A stretch of DNA of 64,000 nucleotides from Octopus vulgaris. Its lineage: Eukaryota. Below are positions 56,812-64,000 of this stretch, one piece after another (positions within the stretch are counted from its first letter, which is position 1; the number at the start of each line of letters is the position of its first letter). The notes beneath the pieces were generated by a model. It was given only the letters and a program-made list of their open reading frames with translations, was not told the origin of the DNA and did not search any database. Location: NCBI GenBank assembly GCA_951406725.2, contig OX597823.1, forward strand, positions 6,200,001 through 6,264,000. Direction: 5' to 3'. A program made the translations under genes and the position numbers.

Positions 56812-57110
56812 GAAGACACATAGCTTAGTGGCAAGAGCGTCATGCTCACAATCACGAGGTAGTCAGTTCAAATCCCAGACCGGGCTGTGAGTTGTGTCCT
56901 TGAGCAAGACACTTTATTTCACATTGCTCCAGTTCACTCAGTTGTGGAAATGAGTTGCGACGTCATTGGTGCCAAGCTGTATCGGCCCCTTTGCTTTTCT
57001 CTTGGATAACACTGGTAGCATGGAGAGAGGAAACTGGTATGCATGGGCGACTGCTGGTCTTCCATAAACAACCTTGCCCGGATTTGTGCCTCGGAGAGTA
57101 AATTTCTAAT
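56812..57110 (+). mobile_element. SINE-C, tail type 3
   Basis: gttcaaatccc B box, gtgtccttgagcaagacacttt, same tail as 46937. Confidence 0.88.
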
Positions 57111-58147
57111 TGCAATTGGAATTTCAATTGGAATTTCTAATTGCAAATAGAAGTGGAAGTTTGGTCAAGCTGAAGTATTTTCTCTCTTTGTCAGTTTCTG
57201 CAGCAGAGGGTTTAATCACGTCCGAATGCAGTCGATCTTGTTAAATGTGAGTTTGTGCTTTACATGAATACGATGACAATAATAATAATTGTTATTATAA
57301 TTATAATAAGAACGAGAAAAACGAGAAAGTGAAGGAGGGCAAGGAGAAGAAGATGATGAAGGAGGAGGAGGAAGGAGAAGGAGGAAGGGGGAGGCAGAGG
57401 AAGCGAACGAGGACGAGAAGAAGAAAAAATAAAGGAGGACGAGAAGAAGAAGAAGAGGAGGAGGATGGGGAGGAGGAGGATGGGGAGGCGGAGGATGGGA
57501 GGAGGAGGAGGGGAGGAGATCTGCTCATAATAAGTTTTCGGTATCTGTTTACAGATTTGATCAAATTTATTTCGTGGTTTCCTTTCAGAGAATCCGACCT
57601 CTGACATGAAATGGTCGTTGTGGTTTACATCTGAAGCGTAAACTAAGTAATTACTTCAATTGGCAAAAAGAAATAAAGGATGAGAGGGAGAGGTGGAGGT
57701 GGAAGAAGAGAGAACAACAGAGACAGAGAGAGAGGGGGAGAGAGAGAGAGACAGACAGACATAGACAGAGAGCAGAGAGAGAATAGGAAGAAAGAGGATA
57801 AAAGGAAGGGAGTTGGAAAAGAGGGAGAGAGTGAGATGATAGGGGGAGAAGAAAGAGGGAGAAAATGAGAGGCGAGAGACAGACAGAGAAACAAAAAGAG
57901 AGGCGGGAGCACAAGAGAGAAAGAGAGAGAGGTGGGAGGGAGAGAGAGAGAGAGAGAGGGGAGAGGGAGAAAGAGAAAGAACAGTTGTGTTAGTTAAAGC
58001 AATTTGTCTTATTAATCTGATCGATATTTTGCGATTGTTTAAATAAATACTTCGATTTCTCATATTTGTTGTTTTGTGGTTGTTTTATTTGTTATCGATA
58101 CTGCAGCAGACAAAAAAAGCTGTTTATGATTGATTTCTGTTATTCAG

Positions 58148-58532
58148 ATTCTTTGTTGAGTTAATCAATAGCAGTGTTGATGTGGATGGGACGAAAATTG
58201 AGCAGATACGGACCCCGGGCAGTAAATATATCGCCATTTCTGCAACACTTGTTGCTGCTGCTGCTGCTGCTACTACTGTTGTTGTTGTTGTTATTGTTGT
58301 TGTTGTTGGTGGTGGTGGTGGTGCCGTTGTTGCTGTTGGTGGTTTGTTTGTTTGTTGAGCGAAGCGGTCTTCGTGGGAGAAGTCCGAAACGAGGTCCTTT
58401 GCTATTCGTAAGACCCGCAGAAGAGAAAGCAGGTCAACGCCCCGACACCGAGAGCATCGACGGATGGATGAATGTGCATCCAGGCTCAGCAGTTGCGTTG
58501 GAAGAAGTCGGGGACAAGAAACAGGAAGAAAG
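58148..58532 (+). other. Candidate exon of an unidentified host gene
   Basis: Acceptor-like ttgatttctgttattcag| and donor-like AAG|gtgaga bracket a CpG-richer unique segment; no homology recognised. Confidence 0.3.
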
Positions 58533-58797
58533 GTGAGAGAAAGTTGGAGTGAAAGAGTACAACAGGGGTCGCCACCACCCCCTGCCAGAGCCTCGTGAAG
58601 CTTTAGTTGCTTTCGCTCAATAAACACACACAACACCCGGTCTGGGAATCGAAACCGCGATCCTTCGACCGCGAGTCCGCTGCCCTAACCATTGGGCCAT
58701 TGCGCCTCCTGCTGCTGCTGCTGGAGTTGTTACGTAATCGACTTACTCCCACCCCACCAACTGCAAAATTACTGGTCTTGTGCCAAAAAAGTAATAC

Positions 58798-58831
<34 letters not shown>

Positions 58832-58844
58832 TCGAAAAAAAAAA

Positions 58845-59265
58845 CGGGCAAAATCCTTAGCTGTATTTCGTCTGTCTTTATGTTCTGGGTTCAAATTCCG
58901 TTAGGGTCGACTTTTCCCTTCATCATTTCGGGGTCAATTTAAGTACCCGTGAAACACTGGGTTCGATATAATCGAGTTGTTCCTACCCCCAAAATTTCAG
59001 GCCTTGTGCCTTTAGTAGAAAGGATTATTATTTCGAAGAAAGATAAGGCGATGTGCTGGCAGAATCGTTAGCGCGCCAGACAAAATACTTTGTGGCATTC
59101 CGTCTGTCTTTACGTTCTGAGTTCAAATTCCGCCGAGGTCGACTTCGCCTTTTATCCTTTCAGCGTCGATGAAATAAGTACCAGTCAAGTGTTGGGGTCG
59201 ATATAATCGACTAGCTCCCTCTCTCAAAATGCCAGGCCCCGTGCTTATAGTAGAAAGAATTATTT
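58845..59265 (+). mobile_element. Two adjacent SINE-B copies (short-tail subfamily)
   Basis: Repeated ttctg.gttcaaattccg...gtcgactt...ggcc..gtgc.t.tagtagaaag.attatt. Confidence 0.85.
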
Positions 59266-59540
59266 CGAAAACTGTTTCGAGTGCGTACTTTTTAAATCTC
59301 ATATTTTCCTCGTTGTTAGAATGAATTATTCTTCCTCGTACAGAACAAAGTGAAGTTTAACCTTCAGACAAAATGTGTTTCTTTGTGATGGGTGGAGAAT
59401 AACAAACGAAGAGGCTTTTTTTCTATTTTAAGTGGATGGGCGGAAGAAGAATGGGAAGTGAGTTGTTGAAGCATTTCCTGAGAATGCACAAGAGAAGTGA
59501 ATGAGAGACTGAAACGGTATTACCGCCTCGATTCAGTAGA

Positions 59541-59608
<68 letters not shown>

Positions 59609-59892
59609 ATTTGAACTGCAGCCGTGCTGGGGCATCGCCTTCAAGACTTTAGCCGAACCGAGAATCCAGTAAATATTTTAAATCCGGTGATCTTTGCCGA
59701 ACCGCTCTGTTGCGGGGACGTAAATAGAGTAGCACATATATACATACGTATGTACGTATTACAGACGCACACATATATATAAACATATAATCATATACAT
59801 ACATATGATCTCATACGACATATGTGATTACATGCATATAAAACAGGGGCGGAGAGATTTATGTACTTGCATACATGTATCTATCCATCTGC

Positions 59893-60000
<108 letters not shown>

Positions 60001-60221
60001 ATGTATGTATATGTATATATATATATATATAATATTAGGGAATATTAATCCTAACTTACAGGGGAAAATTCAATTTAGTAGTACTAAATCAAATTTCAGA
60101 ATATATAATACATGTATATAAATTAGAGAAGAACCACCATGAAGCAATTCAGCAATGATATACTTAAATCATACCAAATAGAAAAAAAAATAAAGATACT
60201 TTAATATTATTAATATTATAT

Positions 60222-60260
<39 letters not shown>

Positions 60261-60612
60261 AAGAGAGAGAGACACACACACATGCTTACATAATATATGC
60301 GCGCATGTATGCACACACACACACTTACACGCATATACATACATACATACATACATATATATATATAAATTTCACATAAAATAGTGTGCGTATTTATACA
60401 CAAAAGAAGTGACCTTTCACAGGACATCTTACATGCTAGAGAGGGCGGTTAAAGCCCAAACCACGAATAATAGTAATTTCAAAGGAAATGAAAAAATAAA
60501 AATATTGCTATAGTTACCTCTAGACTCGAGTTTATGCATTAATGTGCTTACAGATACATAATACATATACATGTGTGAGTGAGAGAGAGTTTGTGTGTAT
60601 GTATGTATGTAT

Positions 60613-61068
60613 AGGCGTAGAAGTGGCTTACGAACCACATGGTTCCGGGTTGGTACCTTGGGCAAGTGTCTTCTACTATAGCCTCGGGCCGACCAAAGCC
60701 TTGTGAGTGGATTTGCTAGACGGAAACTGAAAGAAGCCCGTCGTATATATGTATGTGTGTGTGTATGTGTGTGTGTGTGTGTGTAAGTGTGTGTGTGTGT
60801 GTGTGTGTAAGTGTGTGTGTGTAAATGTGTATGTGTGTATGTATATATATATGTATATGTTTGTGCGGTTGTTTGTCCCCCGACATCGCTTGACAACCGA
60901 TGCTGGTATGTTTACGTCACCGTAACTTAGCGGTTCGGCAAAAAAGGCCGATAGAATAAGTACTAGGTTTACAAAGAATAGGTCCTGGGATCGATTTGCT
61001 CGACCTAAGGACGGTGCTCCAGCATGGTCACAGTCAAATGACTGAAACAAGTAAAAGAGTAAATAGAG
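60613..61068 (+). mobile_element. SINE-A
   Basis: Head with small deletions, internal TG microsatellite, gtaaaagag tail. Confidence 0.9.
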
Positions 61069-61793
61069 TATGTATGTATGTATGTATGTATGTATGTATG
61101 TATGTGTATGCATATATGTATTTCTATATGTATGTGATTATGCATGCATGTATGTATGTGTGTATGTATGTGTGTATGTATGTGCCTATAGTATGTGTGT
61201 ATGTATGTGTGTCCTGTGCTGCATTCCGCTCGCCTCGCAAACGGTATTCAATGATCGTCGTTCCCGTAATGGAAGGTCACTAACATCTCGTGGATGAATG
61301 TCTTAATTGATTTATGAGACCCAGATACATGTTTGGAAAGTGTAATATCGAGTCCTGTGTGGGGACGAGATGGAGGGAAGAAGGGGGGAAATAGGGAAGG
61401 GGACAGCAAGGAAAGCAGAATGAAACCAAATTTTATCTTACAGCGCTGGGTGGATTGGATGGTGGGGAACCAAAGTCAGTCGGACATTTTGTTTGTCATT
61501 TTATCATGTCTGGTATTTCATTGCCTCCCGATAACGGAAATGAATCTTGTTTTCTTTTTATAATTATCGTCATCGTCGTCATCATCATCGTCATCGTCGT
61601 CGTCATCGTCGTCGTCGTCGTTGTCATCAATCTTCTCTTGAAAGTGGGAGCTGGATTTATTGTGATAACCGCATCTGACTGGTCACCTGTTGCATACCTA
61701 TGACTTTATGCATATACATACATCATGTGAATTATAGTTTTTACGTAACTCTTGACTTCCTGAAGCAGCTGTCGAGATAAGACATTGCATAAT

Positions 61794-61832
<39 letters not shown>

Positions 61833-62275
61833 TACAGGACGATACCAACAGTAAAGAACATGAAATACGAAAGCCAATGAGTTCAATACGCAAACAACGA
61901 GAGAAACAAATGGAAAACAGGACAAGTAACATAAAGAACGACTCTTCATCAGTTGTCAGCTGTCTATCTACTCCTCATTTCGAGCATTGAACGACAATAT
62001 GAGTCTTCGAAAACAGTTATTATTTATATTGTTATTATATATTATTATTATTATATATATGTATTTTATATTATATTATATTATATATATATATGTATAT
62101 ATATATATGTATATATATATATATGTATATATATAAGTGGCGGTTTTTTTATTTTTTATTTTTTACTTTTTTTTAACTTTTTTTTACTTTTTTTTACTTT
62201 TTTTACTTTTTTTACTTTTTATTTTTTACTTTTTATTAAAATTTTATGTATTGATTAAGTCTTTCCTTGTTTGTT

Positions 62276-62317
<42 letters not shown>

Positions 62318-62431
62318 GGCCTGCTCGCTTAGCCAGCGGGGTGGCGTCATTTGAAGGTTAAAACAATGCGAAGCGCATTGTGACCAGCGATGTGTAGCAA
62401 CACCTGATAGCCTGGTCGGCCATGTGATCAT

Positions 62432-62478
<47 letters not shown>

Positions 62479-62515
62479 GTTTATATATATAACTTGTATT
62501 TCTGTGCTTCATGTA

Positions 62516-63133
62516 CCAGGTTGAGTCAAAAGTTTTTTCGTATTTCAAGCTTTAAACAATTCAAAGAAACTACACACAGAAGCGTTTATTCATCAAAATA
62601 TATCCCATCCTATTCTGTGGTCTGTTTCCATCGTTGTGTCAGAAGCTCAATACCCTATTTTGGTTAGTTTAGAGGCAAAAGTCTTCTCTGCACCAGTTTT
62701 CAACTCAACATTGTTGAAACTCTATCCTTCCAGGAAATGAGCCATGGCTCGGAAAAGGTTGTGATCTGATGGTGCAAGGTCTGGACTGTAGGGCAGGGTG
62801 AGGCAGCACTTCCCAGCCCCTCAAATTCCTCAAGTTTGCACTTGACCACATTGGCTGTGTATGCTCGGGCATTGTCATGCTGTGAGAATGCGTGTCCTTG
62901 ATTGCTGGGTAGCAGGCTTTCAATACACCATATACTTGCTGCGGTTATTGAGTATAAAGGTTAGCATAGGCGCAGGAGTGGCTGTTTGGTAAGTAGCTTG
63001 CTTACGAACCACATGATTCTGGGTTCAGTCCCACTGCGTGGCACCTTCAGCAAGTGTCTTTTACTATAGCCTCGGGCCGACCAAAGCCTTGTGAGTGAAT
63101 TTGCTAGACGGAAACTAGAAGAAGCCCGTCGTA

Positions 63134-63188
<55 letters not shown>

Positions 63189-63640
63189 ATGTGTGTATAT
63201 GTTTGTGTGTCTGAGCTTGTTCCTCCAACATCGCTTGACAACCGATGCTGGTGTGTTTATGTCCCCGCAACTTAGCGGTTCGGCAAAAAGAGACCGATAG
63301 AATAAGTACTGGGCTTACAAAGAATAAGCCCTGGGATCGATTTGCTCGACTAAAGGCGTTACTCCAACATGGCCACAGTCAAATGACTGAAACAAGTACA
63401 AGAATAAAAGAAAGACTAAATTCACAACACGACCATCTGAAGCAAGCTCAAAATGCGGCAACTCCTCGAAATTTCACCAAACACACAACCTGACCTTCTG
63501 TTCAAACCGTCCTTGTTTGACAACAGGTTCTGCAGCCAGGCCGGAACGAAGTCACCTATTTCTCTTATGGAGCATCTGGAAGATCTGCCAGCGCTTGCTT
63601 GCAAATGTTCACATATCGTCGTTGAGTCTGGTCCTTGGTC
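62516..63640 (-). mobile_element. mariner transposon remnant split by a SINE-A
   Basis: Minus strand: VVKQGRFEQKVRLCVW*NFE..HFEL.SDGRVVN [SINE] ANLYTQ...HDNARAYTA...EVLPHP.YSPDLAPSDHNLF...QRWKQ; terminus aaaacttttgactcaacctgg|TA. Confidence 0.88.
62969..63415 (+). mobile_element. SINE-A, full length
   Basis: Complete head, internal (TA)n, tail; interrupts the mariner reading frame. Confidence 0.94.
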
Positions 63641-63814
63641 AGTTTATTAGGGGGCTTCTTAACCACAGCCATGCACGCGGATATATACTTATGCTTACGG
63701 CAGGAGAAATAGAATGTTCTGGTATCTATTCTTATTCTAAAAGAATGAACAACGGAAATTAAACTTTCTGCCAATTCATCATTCTTAAGAGTAAATCTCG
63801 AGAATGAAATTCTG

Positions 63815-63816
63815 CG

Positions 63817-63847
<31 letters not shown>

Positions 63848-64000
63848 TCGTGGTCGTCGTCGTGATAGTGGTGTAGTCGTAGTGATGGTAGTCGTAGCGG
63901 TGGTAGTGGTGGTTAAGGTAACGCGACGGCGGTGGCGGTGGCAGTGATGGTCGTGGTCGACGTCGTGGAGGTGGTGATGGTGTTGGTGGTCGTGGTCGCG
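63815..64000. repeat. Cryptic (GGC/GGT/GTC)n trinucleotide tract
   Basis: Directly visible low-complexity repeat. Confidence 0.9.

Noticed and set aside
57329-57604. Acidic/basic low-complexity ORF
   Set aside because: GA-rich simple sequence with no splice or homology support.
58358-58403. Hammerhead-like GAAAcgagGTC with flanking agcgaag/ctttgct pairing
   Set aside because: No CTGANGA core at the required position.

Overview
Eukaryotic, AT-rich, repeat-saturated DNA, most likely intronic or intergenic sequence of an octopus (inferred from the SINE families and the extreme CA/TA/TACA/GATA microsatellite density; not provable without a search). No intact host gene, rRNA, true tRNA or CRISPR array is supported, and nearly all listed ORFs are translated microsatellites. 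Real content: three tRNA-headed SINE families in many copies (one forming internal dimers/trimers under a single TSD); four lineages of Tc1/mariner-superfamily DNA transposon (near-complete DD36E/Incomer-type, pogo-like, DD37D/maT, mariner); several MITEs; a foldback-like family in three copies; a Helitron 3' end; CR1/L2-type LINE 3' ends; and a Penelope-like RT/GIY-YIG remnant. The most notable signals are a near-intact minimal type I hammerhead ribozyme at 1520-1592 with several decayed hammerhead-like relatives in short non-coding elements, a perfect palindrome with 103-bp arms at 50639-50848, and a possible host exon at 58148-58532.
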